A stretch of 64,000 bases of DNA from Callorhinchus milii (GCF_018977255.1 NW_024704742.1:98334001-98398000), one strand, 5' to 3'. Numbered from the stretch's first letter, positions 10,801 to 23,600 are shown. A program made the numbers and translations. Notes: a model not told the origin generated them from the letters alone.

Positions 10801-12132
10801 TTGGGATACAATCTGGGGCAATTCTTAATATGATGGTCAGAAGTAGATCACAGTAGTTCTGTAGGAACCATGATCTACTTTGCTCCAATGCAATCAATAT
10901 GAGTTCCCATGGAATTATTATTAAGCAATCAGTTTAGGAAATACCAAAATGACACAACATATCAATACTGTATCCAGTTACAGATGCTACTCAGTAAGTA
11001 ATGACCTATTTTCAATGTTCAAACAAAACCCCAATAATCATATTTTAGTAACTCAGTTAGTCATTATTAAGATCTTTGACCCCTATCTACTCCACTGCGT
11101 GCAACTGAAAAAGCAATTTCCTTCTAATACAGGATATATTGTAAATGCAATGACACCCATCTGACTCAGAGGCGAGAGTGCTACCAACTGAGTTAGACTG
11201 ACACACAAAGGTTACACTGTTCCAAGCAGCCATAAAAATACACTAATCAAAATAATGTAATGTTGGATATCTAATGATATCTAATGGATATCTAATATTT
11301 AATGAAAGCACCAAAAGGGTGGTTAATTAAGGTTGTTTGCATTGGTTGGACTCAACTATTATATCTTGAAAAAACATGCCAACTCATCACAGGAATTTCA
11401 GATGTTGGTTTATAATTATTATTCTAGTTGATGCCGCTAATTAGGTTGCAGATATTAATTGATGTAGGTGCTGTATTATATTACTGAATTTCTATCCGTA
11501 AAGGAGCATCCTGAAAGTTACCATAAGATAAAAAGCTAACACAATGATGAAAGGTTGAAAGATTGAAAGGTAGCAATAAAGCTCTTCTCAGCCACCATTA
11601 AATGCAGTTTGCAAGTGGGGAAAATAATTCAGTTTCCTACTCTAAACTGTTCTGTTGCTAGAAGCAATGTTACATTGTTTCCAGCATGATAAATTAAGCA
11701 TTAATTGTTATGTTAACAGGACTCTGGGTTAAAGGAAACTAATTTGGATTTGCTTTAACTTGGACACAGATCCAAGCTCAAACCTTCAGGTCATACGTTC
11801 CTATAGATTTCATGTAATAAAATAATCATGATCAATAATTCGTTATCATTTTAACAGTCAATATCTTCCTATATTCTCAGCTTGATTTTAATATTGTGGT
11901 TTGCCAATTGACACTTAAATTACAAGCCAATTTCCTTTGCCTTATCATTCTTATAACCTGATCGTTTTATAATATCCTGCAGTATTTTGGCAATAGGAAA
12001 CGTTAATGCAATCCGCAGATGCTCAGAAAATAAAACAAAGCCAATCAAGGGCGATCATGATTTATATTCCCATGTGTGCAACAAATAATGCAACAAAAAT
12101 ACAATAGAACGGCTTAAGCCCTGTAGTCCTGT

Positions 12133-12347
12133 AGAGTCCTGTTGCTCAGTGGATAGAGCACTCGCCTTGCGAGTGAGAGACTTGGTTTGATTCCCAGCAC
12201 GGGACACGGCTGTGCACGATTGGCTATCGCATTTTGCCCTCAAAATATACAGTCAATTCACTTTGCAATATATTAGGTGAAGCGCTTTGAGACGTCTCAA
12301 AGACGTGATCAGGCACTATATCAAAAGAACGAATTATTATTACTATT
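12133..12347 (+). mobile_element. tRNA-derived SINE, internally deleted copy
   Basis: Head 'gagtcctgttgctcagtggatagagcactcgccttgcgagtgagagacttggtttgattcccagc' joins directly to the 3' tail 'gcgctttgagacgtc...(att)n'. Confidence 0.85.
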
Positions 12348-13781
12348 AAGTCCATCAATATTGTGATACAACTATCAAAAAAAAGTCCAGCCTAAAAGAA
12401 TTATCCGTAAGAGAAGTCACAAGGTAATACCCAGCAAAACAAAGTGGGATCAAATTTATGGTGTTTATTGGGAGGATTCCTTACAAAGAACCAAGTTAAG
12501 ATTATTTTCGACTTGTGGAAATTCAGCCTCATAAATAGATCTTATTGAAGCCGGGTCCCACAGGTTGGAGTTAAATTCTTCTGCTTCTTCTGCACGTTCG
12601 TCGACAAAACACAAAGTCACTTCACTTTACAATATATCATGTGAAGTGTCCTCCCGAAGTGAAAGGCACTATAACAAATGCACGTATTATTATTATTAGT
12701 CTGTACTCGCAGTAGCAAGCTATGGCATTTCAGCTGGATGAACTCTGGCAGCACTTCCAATGCACACTCTGGGGTCCCCAAGCCTTCACTCTCACCAACC
12801 TATGCCTAATATTCCCAAATTTAAATAGCACTAGGAAACATAGGCAGTGAGCTCATCTTTTGACGGTCCAGATTCCATTCATTTGCTCGTTTAGTCGTTG
12901 AATGGCTGCCTGCAGCATTTGGGAGCCTCTTCACCTTTGCATTGCTACTTCATAATAGGCGTCAGTGGGATCCAGATGACATTTCACCCCGATAAAGTGT
13001 TATGAAACATTGTAAATTGTGGGCTATAATCTTCCTTGATAACATTGGATGATGAGCAATCAGTTTAAAAAAGGACTGATTGTACTCAACCCAGTCTCAA
13101 TAAAGAGAGCATCCTTGTTTCATATTACGCTTGGCAAAAACAAACATTTTTAAAAAAACAGTTGGGTTGATTAAACGATTATTTGAGGTTCCTTTTATGT
13201 TCCCTTTGAATTATTTTAGTGTCTGCCTATTCCCAAGGAAACGTGCTTTTAGTACAATTAAGGAGGTTGGTTCTCAGCGTCACATTCCTTTATTCAGTGT
13301 ATTCTCCTGCCACATATTTTTCTCCCCTTTAGTTTGTAGTATAACTTCACATAAAATGTACCATTAAAATTCTGGAGCCACATTCCAATAATAATGTTAT
13401 AATAGAACATTAAGAGGATGAAGCCCAGAGTAATTTGCTTTTATGTTATTTTTTCTGTTATTTCCATTTTAGAGACTTACGGTAGAGCATAAGGGCAAGA
13501 TCATGCCTGAAGTTAGATGTATAGATTTTTAATTATAATAAATTGAACCTTTGTGATTTACTGTTATTTTAGATGCATGAGATTAAATGGTAAATTCCAG
13601 GATTTTGTTTCACTTTATTTAGAAATATTGGAGTCTAATACACGACGTGATTAATTAATTAGTTTGTGCATTTTGTAAAGCACCTTATCACGTCGGTAGG
13701 ATGTCTCTAAGCGCTTCAAAGGAATTACTATGAAATGGAGTGACTGTGTATTAATAGACAGTCACATGTGAGTGATTATGT

Positions 13782-14107
13782 GAGTCCTGTAGCTCAGTGG
13801 TTAGAGCACTTGCCTCACAAGAGAGAGACCTGGGTTCGATTCCTGGCAGGGTGAAACCTTGGACAAGTTTCCTTGCTCCACACTCCTAATAATAATCCCT
13901 CAAGGGAAAAAACAATAATAAATTGGTCACTTCCATCCACGACTGTTTGTGGGATACTGCAGTGCGCAATTGGCTGCTACGTTTCGCCCACAAGTATACA
14001 GTCAATTCACTTTACAGTGTATTCTGTGAAGAGCTTTGAGATGTCTAGAAGACATGAAAAGTGCTATATCAAATGCAAGGATTATTATTATTATTGTTAT
14101 TATTATT
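13782..14107 (+). mobile_element. Full-length tRNA-derived SINE (about 320 bp, Ala-like head, L2-derived tail)
   Basis: A box 'tagctcagtgg', B box 'ggttcgattcc', 3' 'gagctttgagatgtctagaagacatgaaaagtgctatatcaaatgcaagg(att)n'. Many copies occur in the window. Confidence 0.93.
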
Positions 14108-14199
14108 GTAAGAAAACCATAAGTTCATCTTCCCAACTCACTGGAATTGCCCTCTGACATGGTCTCCTTTCCCACTAGTCTGTGTAATGAAGGTGATCT

Positions 14200-14580
14200 A
14201 CTTCTGGTTAATGATAGGAAGTTGGAGATAGCGCGTAGTTTGAGAGCAGGAATGGGTCCAGGAAGGGCTTTTTAAGGATAGGAGTGATTACAGCCATTTT
14301 TTTAAGGGGTGGGAATGTGCCAGTGATGTGTATGAGTAGAGGGGCAAGGAGGTGGAGCTGGGAGATAAAGAGAGGGGTAGAAATGCAGTCGATGGAACAG
14401 GTTTCATACGGGTTATAGTGGTAGTGAAAGAGGAGTGGGAGGGAGGAATGGGGAAAGGGCCTGGTTGTGAGGGGGAGATGGGAGGTGGTAGTAGATGGAA
14501 GGGCAGATGCAGCTGAGCGGATCCCCTTGACTTTGGATTCGAGGAAGTCCAGCATCACCTCGCAGTTGGCATGAGAGGTG
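14200..14580 (-). mobile_element. L2 ORF2 internal fragment (pre-RT region)
   Basis: ORF 14208-14558 ...KMAVITPILKKPFLDPFLLSNY... is homologous to 35250-35660. Confidence 0.85.
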
Positions 14581-15119
14581 AAGGGAAGTGAGGATGGACA
14601 AGATGTGAGAAAGTGGGCAGAGTGGCAGAAGGCCCACCCACTACCGGTTTCTGGTCTTCTTCATGTTCCCCGCCTAGCTCGGGTGTTCTTTTTGTTGTTC
14701 ATGGAGCAAGGCCATAGAGGATTTTTGAAGATAAGGAGTAGGATCTTGAACTGTATTTAACACAGAAAAAACTGGCTACTGCTAGGATTTACCAACTCAA
14801 AACAAACAGCTAGCACACACGCAAGAAACTGTTCATGCAAGAAAGTAAGGCTGCAGGGATCATAACATGTGATAATATAAGGGATTTCAATATTCCAGAG
14901 GTGAAACAAATGGCAAAGGACAATTGAAGGGAAAAGGTGGAGGAGTAAGCCTTGTCACAGAAGCAATCAGCAACCACTTCTTCACATAGCCTTTAAAGCA
15001 GATTACTAGGCCAGTAGCTATACTAGATTTAATATTTAGCAATCCCCTACCCCCCATCCAGAAATAATTGTAACCTCTGTTAAGTTCAGCTGAACTGATT
15101 CAGAGTAGAGCGAGCACTT

Positions 15120-15600
15120 GAACTGAGTGATCACCGTAGAGTGAAATTCAATGTGATAATAAAGGCAAAGGCCCAAAAATAACAATAAAGAAGTGGAGTA
15201 TTTTAGAAGAGGAGACTTTGGGCTATACCGACTGTACCAAGGAGGATTAATCGAGAAGCAAAACCAAAAAATAAAATGCTGCAGAAAATGATTTTTTTTG
15301 AAGACTTCTTTAAGGATTGTGGAAAGGAAGCCTATCCTCATGAGGTACTCAAGAAGAACAGTTGTAAGATCAAGAAGCAAAAACAGGATAAGGGATAAAA
15401 ATAATTCTTTAAAGAGACAAAAGGAATAAAAAAATAATAAGATCTGGGACTCACCCTAACGTCAGTGGAGGATCACTAAAATGAGCATTAGACGGAGGTA
15501 AGAAGAATAGAGAAGAGTGGGTTATTGAGAGCACCAAGTGAGATCCAAAGAAATTACTTAGCCATCTATGAAGTAAGCATACTATGAAACAGGTAATTCT
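15120..15600 (+). mobile_element. Highly decayed CR1 ORF2 (endonuclease end and linker)
   Basis: 'agtgatcaccgtagagtgaaattc' reads SDHRRVKF (APE SDH motif), followed by EYFRRGDFG (CR1 FRKADF-like). Confidence 0.55.
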
Positions 15601-16199
15601 TCGAGGATTATTCTGGGTGAAAATCCTATGGGAGGGGAGTGATATCACAAAATTGCAATTATGTTCAATTACATTTCCACAGAAATCTTTATCAGTGAGG
15701 ACAAATTCAAGGTCCAGTCAATCTGGCTGGAGAATTAGAGCATGTAGCTGTAAATGAGCTAAAACATAAGATTTGGAATTTTCCTCCAGTTCTAAGCCGT
15801 TGGACAAAACTCCCGCCATTAGATGTTTCTTCCTTTAGAGGGTGTTTGCCTACAAATGTGCAGTCACTACATAGCATGTCAGATGTGCAGAGTACTCAAA
15901 TCTTTTTTTGCATTGGTGAAAACCTTCTGGTTATGTGACCATCATGATCGCTCTTTGATAATAGTCAACAACAACAAGAACACGCTGGGTAGTCTCAAAA
16001 ACAAACATACAAACAAACAAATAAATGAATAAATAAATAGGCCTTGCACTTGATATAGCACCTACTTGTCTCAGAACACTTTACAGGAGTCTGGCTCAGT
16101 TGGTAGCATACTGAGTTAGAAGGTTGCAGATTCAAGCCACAGTAAATCCTATGGAGCATAAATCCTTATGAGACATTTTCATGAGTTGCTATGTCAAAT

Positions 16200-16580
16200 T
16201 CAAGGATTGTTATTATCATAGTAATTAACTGTATTTTTTGTAAGCAAATATAGCAGCCAATTTATACACAACATTGTTTCACAAATGGCCAGGATATGAA
16301 TGTTACTTTTTCTGGAGGATTGTTCAGCCAAAACATCAAGAAACGTATTTCTCTTTTCAAATACAGCGACTGGTGCTTTGACATCCACCTGAACAGATAA
16401 ACAGCAATAGTTTAATGCCTTATCTGAAGCACAGCACCTCTGACTATGCAGTGCTACACCAATACTACAATGGAGTGTCAGCCTGAAATTCAATTTCAAA
16501 GTACCCAATGTAGAGCTTGAATCCATAACCTTCTGACCCAGAAGTGAGAGTGCTAGCAACTAGGCCAAGCAAACACCTAA
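16200..16580 (-). mobile_element. Deu-domain SINE (SacSINE1/LmeSINE1-like)
   Basis: Reverse complement shows a tRNA-like head 'ttggcctagttgctagcactctcacttctgggtcagaaggttatggattcaag', the core 'caggtggatgtcaaag', and the L2-type tail. Confidence 0.75.
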
Positions 16581-17544
16581 AATAACATTAGGAAGAAATT
16601 ATTCACAGTTCCTGGGGCTGTTGCAAGATCTTTCAGTGGCCCATGGGGAAGTGAGTACAAAATGCTTTGAGATCAGTGCAAACAGCCTTTGAAGACCATC
16701 CCTCCAATTCATCTGCCTGTGACTGGCCCTGTGTTTGCACTCTAGAAAACTCCCCTGACTGTGGTAAAGTCTGAAGCAATGTCATCAGACCTCAGAGTAG
16801 CTCACAGTTGGGGGTCCTTAATGACTGGCTTGGGACTGCAAAGCCCTTCCTTGAATTCTGGAGACTGGTTCCTCTCTCCAGCCTGTTCATTAGTGATTCT
16901 CAGCCATGGTTTATATTAATACAATGAAGTAAATCTTTTCTTGAATCCCATTCCCAAGGATTGATTGCTTACTTTAAATTTTTACTTTCAAAATTATTTT
17001 TGGACTGCTATCCGACACAAAAGTTTGAAATGTGAATTCTCCACGGCCCGATAAAAGATTTTCCTTCTCCCTCGAGAGGTGCAGTATTTTTACTTTAAGC
17101 AAGTATCAGATGAAGCAGCATTGAGGCATTGTTCCTATAGATAGGCCCCTGTTCCTAATTGCTAAAAGAAAGGTCCAGCTATTCAACAGAGCAGGGGAGA
17201 GGTGAGGGTTATTCCCAAATCTATCATTGAAGGTGGGTTTTAAGGGCATTGTTATAATTGCGATTTTTGCCCTTGCCACATCACAAGTCATATTTTTCCA
17301 CCAATGTATTTTTCATTTTGTTCAAGAGGCTTTTCCAATTTTAGAGATGAAGAGGTCTTATATAACTTAACAAACTCCTTCACATAAAACTAGACAGGAA
17401 ACGTCCTTCATTGTCTCATTGCTGAGCAACCCTCATATAACATAATTTTGTGGCCAACATTTTTTGTGAATAAATCACAGGTATGCAGCATACGTAAAGT
17501 TCAAGAGAACAGATGTCATGCTTCTATATTTCATCTTCTCTTCC

Positions 17545-17840
17545 AATGGCTTAGTGGGTAACTGTAGCAGCATAGCACTAGACCATACAGTGGCCGGTTT
17601 GAATTCCTAATTGTGTTGAATTAGCTGATTCCAACTGAAGTAAGGATGGGAAAATCATACAGGGTTCCCACTCTTGAACGCCATTCAAAGACAACCACTG
17701 GAAGGCAAAGTGTATGAATGTTTGATAAGGACAGGATTGGGCTCACAATGATGCCCCCATGGCTGAATAGTCAGCTAACACTCACAGTCAGCGAGTCAGT
17801 GCTCACACTTACATAATAGCCACATGGATGAGGTAAGGAA
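17545..17840 (+). mobile_element. Ancient tRNA-headed SINE (LF-SINE-like)
   Basis: Head 'tggcttagtgggtaa', then 'ttagctgat', 'gggaaaatcatacagggttcc', 'aggacaggattgggctc', 'gatgccccc'. Family name is from recall. Confidence 0.5.
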
Positions 17841-20835
17841 GAATACCCCTGCCCAAGCTGAATAAAAATGGAAATAAATTACAAAGAATAGGACAGGAAA
17901 ATTGACAGAGAGCAAAAAAGGGCACCTGTAAATCAGAGCCAAGAGAGAGGACAAAATTAATTATGGAAAACAGACATATATTAATGGAAATGAATTCATT
18001 TACAATTTATTTTGAAAAATGTACATCTCTAAAAATGTACATGCATAAGCTATTTATTGTATTTCATGGAAAAATAATTGGTCACTAACTTTTTCCCTTG
18101 AATGTGACCAGGCTTCTAACTATGCGGCCATGGAGAATGTACGTTTCAAACTTTTGTTTCAGCAAATAATTTTAAAAGTAATTTTATAATCAGACTGTTG
18201 TGTGAACAAATAATTAACAACTATTAGCAAAAGTACACATGAACAGCAAAAAATGGGCAAGTGAGGTCCAAGATGATGGGAAGAGAATTGAAGAATAGCA
18301 AAGAAAAGGAATGAGTCCATCAAAATCCATTTGTACTTCTGGTAATAGGTAGCTCACAAAATTGACTCTGGTGATTATTGGACGTACAGTACCAATGGAC
18401 AATAATTTTTCCATATGCACAATATAGTCTTGGGTGCAGGAAGTGATAATCGGATCTCTATTTGTCTGCATAGAATTTATGAGCAGCAACACTTCGTAAA
18501 AGAGATCACCTAAGGCATGGGATAGTGGAACATCATGATGTTTTGGTTTGATACTGAAAATTTGAAATGAGGTGGAATATCTGTTGTGCTTTTAGCTCAT
18601 GTTCTGGCAATACATGTGATACTGCTCCAACGACAGTCTCACAGAGAACTAAATTCTAAATACATTTCTTACTTCTGGAGAGAATTTAAATTTGACCATC
18701 TTTACAAAATCTACTGATTCATAAGGGTTTGGGCTGTAATGACTTCAGGAGTTAGAGATTTGTTTTCTCTCTTTGGACAGGCAGAACAACATATCCCATC
18801 ACTGGTCAGATTTAGGTGTTTATAGACTTTGACATAGTATAATAATTCAATACAATTTGCATTTATTAGTGCTTTTCACATAGGGAGGATGTCTCAAGGC
18901 ACGTGACATTGCTGACTAGCCACTTAAGAGGGCAGGAAAGGGAAGGATTACCAAAAACATGGTCAAAGAGGTACATCTAGAAAATGTTATTTGTGAGAAG
19001 TTGCAGCCTAGCTTTTTTGAAGATTCACAGTCTTCTGTTTTTTTCAGATACATTGAGAATTGTTTACCAGTGTGTATATCTCTGAGGTCAATATTTCTCA
19101 AAAGGTCTTATCCTTAAGACCAATGCAAATTTCCGATTAATCAAAATTTTGGAAAATTCTAAATTTAATCCTGATTTAGAAGACAGGTTTCCACAGTTCT
19201 TTTCAGCTTCCAAAAGGAGATATCTTCCAGTGGACTATAAAGAAAACTACTTATTGGGATAGAGAAAGTAAAACCAGTTTAATATGTTCAGATTTTTGTG
19301 TTATTAGGTTCAAGAAAGCACTGTTCAAAGGTATGATTGACAGTGTTGGGCAGACATCGTTTCTTTACACAAAGGGTAATAACATTTGGAATGGGTTATC
19401 AGGAAGATGGTAAAGGTCAGCAGGACACTGGAGAAGAGGATTTTTCTTTAGGCCATTTGATCTTGTGCTAGCAATTTATTATTATACGGCAGTTACAGAT
19501 CCTGGCCAATGACTTTTTAAAATATAACCAACAAAGTGACTGACAGCTACCCAGCTTTAAGTTAATTCATCTTGACTGAAAGTGAACATTATTGAGGTAA
19601 TCTGCCCTGAAGTGAAACCAAAGGACTAATGGAATACTAGATAATGGATATCCTCATAGGCAGTTCAATAGTTCATACCAATAATTGGCCATTTAACCAT
19701 TTCCCTACCTTCCGTAGCTCAAGAGTATTGGGTCAATTTGGTTTTGAATAAGTCTCCCTCTAAAAGTCCTTTATTAGCTTTAACGTTTTTATACAAACAA
19801 AATCCTAGTTTCCATTTGAGGAAACTAATTAGAGAAGGGTTTGATATTTCTACAAAAAATGTCATCTTTAAATTTTAGACAATGTGAAGTAAAACCTTTA
19901 TTTAAGTACACAGTTGCACCTTTTTTTTTAAAGTGAAGAAGCTTTAACAATAAGCAACTGATCATTACTTATAATCAATTCCAGGCCCAGATGGCTAATC
20001 GATAAGTTTGAGCAACATAATTAGCAAATAGTTAATTAAAATGGAGTGAACTACTTGATTAGCCAGTTGGTGCTTATTCCCAGGGCAGCCACACATCCTT
20101 AGAAGGTGACTTCAATATAAGAGCACCACAGTACAAATTACTGAAGATTTTATACGATGGGTGATTCTGATTAATGATGATAATTTAGAACTCCTTATAG
20201 TAAAGATGACTGTGAATAGCGAAGTTATTCTAAATATTGTTAGAAAAAAGATTCAGGGCTCGATATTTATTTTGTCCAGAGATTTGGGTAAATCCATTGT
20301 TAACCTGTTGAGTGAGACATCTTGGACAAAATTGCAATTTTCCCTTTTGGATTCACAGTGTTACCAGCCGGAGAAATCTCCGCAATCCAATAAAGAGCTT
20401 ACTAGGATCATGTGGCTGAAAAATACAATACAATACAATTTACACTTATGCAGCGACTTCCACATTTGAGGACATCTCAAAGCGCTTGACAATGGCTAGG
20501 CAACCGAGCTGGGGATCTGAAAATGAAAATAGGTCTGAAATGCAGGATTCACAAACTGAAAGTCATTTGACTTATTGCTTCTCTTGATTTTTAAATGAAA
20601 TTGTTGATAAATTTGCTAAAGCAAGATTCGTACTGTATAGAAAAAAACATGAAAAAAGTGATGAATCTCATTTGTTGGTGTTTTGCAATGAGACATTTTG
20701 TTGGCCTTTTTCACCTTTGTTCTGATGATAAGTTGCTGGAAGACAAAACACTGGCAAGAAATGGTCATTGCTGGAGTTGGGGAGCATGTTTTTTATTCTT
20801 TTTTCCGTAAGTGAATATGGTAGCCAATTTGGGCA

Positions 20836-21210
20836 CAACAATAATAATAATAATCCTTGCATTTGATATAGCGCTTTTCACGTCGGGAGGAAATCCCAAA
20901 GCGCTTCACAGAACACACTGTAAAGTGAATTGACTGTATATTTGTGGGTGAAATGCAGCAGCCAATTGAGCACAGCAGTGTCTCACAAACAGTCGTGGAT
21001 TGAAGTGACCAATTTATTATTGTTTTTTTTCTTGACGAATTATTATTAGGCGTGTGGAGTAAGGAAACTTGCCCAAGGTTTCACAATGTCCCATGAAATG
21101 AACAACCAATTGTATCTGCAGGACTGCTGAGCAGGAAACAAGGAGAAACTCCCCTCTGTTTTTGAATAGCGCCATGGGATCTTTAATGTCTACTTGAACA
21201 GATAGAGCTG
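20836..21210 (-). mobile_element. tRNA-SINE (head missing) abutting a Deu-SINE core
   Basis: 20836-21085 matches the SINE body at 40054-40310. The reverse complement of 21130-21200 is 'gacattaaagatcccatggcgctattcaaaaacagagggga'. Confidence 0.85.
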
Positions 21211-21936
21211 CCTCAACAACAACTTGCATTTGTATAAGTCCTTCATATATCTCAGAACACTGCACAGTTCAACAATGAACAAGGGAGAAGGGGAAGGTGA
21301 CCATAGGTGCGGTCGATGAAGTAAGTCTCAAGGTGGGATTTAAAGATAGGTAAAGAGGGGGATTAACATTTACCGTTAAGACTTAATGTTTAAGTTTAGC
21401 CTTGGTTTAACATCGTGTTGACAAGTCCCTCAATTTCAGTGGCTTTACATCTGAAACCACCTACTCAAGGTGATTTTGCAAACCTGAAACTGATGCCTCT
21501 GATATGATCTGGAACTGCAAACTGCTTCATACTGCAACGCTTTAAGCACAGAAATTGAGTATGTTGAAGTTAGCTGGAACATATGTTATGGATTTTATAA
21601 CAAAATTAGCAACAACTGTGGTTTAAAAGTTGTGAATCTATCCAAGTAGAAATGATGAATATATTACAGGAATTGTTCAATTTTAACTAAATGAGCAGTC
21701 ACAATAGCATATTTCACAGAACAACTATTTCCATGGCTAAGCCTGGATTAGTTCTCTTTTTTACTCAGGTTTATGAAGATTATCACAGGATATAGTTTCA
21801 AATCTGAACCAACAGGATATTAGAGGTAACCTCATACTCTAGTTGAAACTTTCCTCTGGATGTAAAAGAATGGTTACAATTGCTTTATCTCAAAAGCTCA
21901 GTATCCAGGTGTCAATAACCATAGTAACCTTACTAT

Positions 21937-22118
21937 GGGAATAAATTCTACCTGGGTCTAGATTTACTCTATATATGTAACATTTTAGAACATCTTAATT
22001 TGGGAATTTCTTAAAAAAATCAACTCAAAGTTAAGACAAAATTCAACAATTAGTCAGGTTCTGGATAATCTCAATTGCTACATAAATAGCATACATCTAG
22101 TCCCAGGTAGAACTTCTC
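21937..22118. mobile_element. MITE-like element with terminal inverted repeats
   Basis: aaattctacctgggtctagat (21943-21963) is inverted as atctagtcccaggtagaactt (22095-22115). A second copy lies at 63345-63578. Confidence 0.75.
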
Positions 22119-22360
22119 TGTTATTTGTGCAGACTTGATGGTTTCTGCACATTTCTATGATTCTGTGAATGCCATTGAGAAATGCTAAGTGATTTTGACC
22201 CCAAATGAAAGCATGTTCAATAATGATGCATACTTAATAAAATCATAATGAAATGCTTCTCTTTTGTTTGCTATGTTAACTGCTGGCAAGTTAATTAAAG
22301 TGACCTCATTGCAACCTCATCATCTGCTGTTTCATGGGTTGGGTTTAACTGATTTTTTGG

Positions 22361-22560
22361 GGGTTTGGACAGTCATGTATGTGTCTGTCACGTGCGAAAA
22401 CCCATTACCATGCTAAGAGTACCCACACCAAACTGAGGGTCTCATTTATCAACCTACATATGGAAATTTCCAGGAGGAATGCATCCTGCTCACCTAATTC
22501 CAGAGATTGTTAGGCATAGGTTATCGTCAAGAGCCCAGGCTTGGGGACCTCAGAAGGAGC
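22361..22560 (+). repeat. Unclassified dispersed repeat, segment A
   Basis: 'gtgtctgtcacgtgcgaaaacccattaccatgctaagagtacccacaccaaac' matches 29570, 39670, 50945 and (minus) 60790-60850. Confidence 0.7.
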
Positions 22561-23314
22561 GACTAGGTCCTACTGGAGTTTAAGCAGCTAAAACTGCATA
22601 GCTTGCCATTGATAGCACTAACCGAATGTCCTTACAGGTGGTAAAGTTTGACTCTCTACCTCAAACCGTGCTCTGTCGATTGAATATTGAATTGAATATA
22701 TTCATTATCACATAATTCAACTTTACCAAAAATGATACGCTATCGTTCAAATTTTGTAATTAAGTAACGATTTAAAAACAGTTTTCACAATACCCAGAAA
22801 CACAGGGCCTCATTAATTGAAAGCTGCCGGCACAGTCGTTCCAGAAATTAGGGCTGCAACAAAAGTTCAGTGCAACATTTGTTTAACATTGCTTTGATGC
22901 TCAAATGTCAGGTTTGAAGCTTTGTTTCCAATCCCAATTCCTGTTCCTCTAGCTTTTTGCTACTTCTGGCTTGAAATCTACTGAGGAACAATGCTTTGAA
23001 GATTTGGTGGAAGAATCATCCAAAAACTTTCAAGTGCTTACTCCATCAAATGTGTCTGTTACAGCTTGAATAGGAATATATTATATGTTTTACACATCTG
23101 GAAGACTGATTAAGAAAGTTTGCACTGCAATTTCTTTTCTTTTTGCTCTGGTTTAAAAAAATATTTTTTTATGCATTCATTTATAAGATCACTTGCTCTA
23201 TGTCATTTCTATTTTATTGGCATCTGCAATAGGATGACATGTCACACATTCTTTGTGTCTGGGAGATAGCATTCAAAAGAAATTGATACTTTGACTTGTG
23301 TTATTGGACAGTTA

Positions 23315-23600
23315 TAGGATAGTCACAGGAAGAGCGAAAAGAGAACTTAGGAGAATTGTTTTTCACTGAGAGAGTTGTTGGGATGTGGAATGCCCTGCCA
23401 AGTGAGGTGGTAGAAACATTGTGCATTGTGGGTTTAAGAGGGAAGTGCACAAATACCATATATGTAAGATAGAAACTTAAAGGGGAATGGGATAAGGTGG
23501 GGAAGAGGAATTGATTGGACACCTTGCTCTGAGAGCCAGTGCACGCTTGATGAGCCAAATGGTCTACTTGTGCCCTGTAAATTTCTATTATTCTATTATT
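23315..23600 (+). mobile_element. CR1 3' end
   Basis: Reads ...FFTERVVGMWNALPSEVVET...GFKRE (CR1 ORF2 terminus), then the 3' UTR and a '(ttctatta)2' tail. Confidence 0.85.

Noticed and set aside
12484..12590. Open frame EEAEEFNSNLWDPASIRSIYEAEFPQ... with a gtaagg donor
   Set aside because: The acceptor lies in a SINE tail remnant, and there is no recognisable product or compatible neighbouring exon.
13782..13852. tRNA-Ala-like genes (also 31215-31286, 32355-32426, 40315-40385, 43173-43245)
   Set aside because: These are SINE heads: the acceptor stem is imperfect, copies are divergent, and each continues into the SINE body and tail.
18335..18510. Minus-strand exon-like ORF GDLFYEVLLLINSMQ...RVNF
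   Set aside because: No recognisable homologue. The plus strand shows weak LINE endonuclease-like remnants (VIIG..., QHFVKEIT*G), which explain it at least as well.
20075..20230. LEGDFNIR motif and ORF 20161-20469 as a host gene
   Set aside because: More likely a decayed APE-type LINE endonuclease scrap or chance, with stops nearby.
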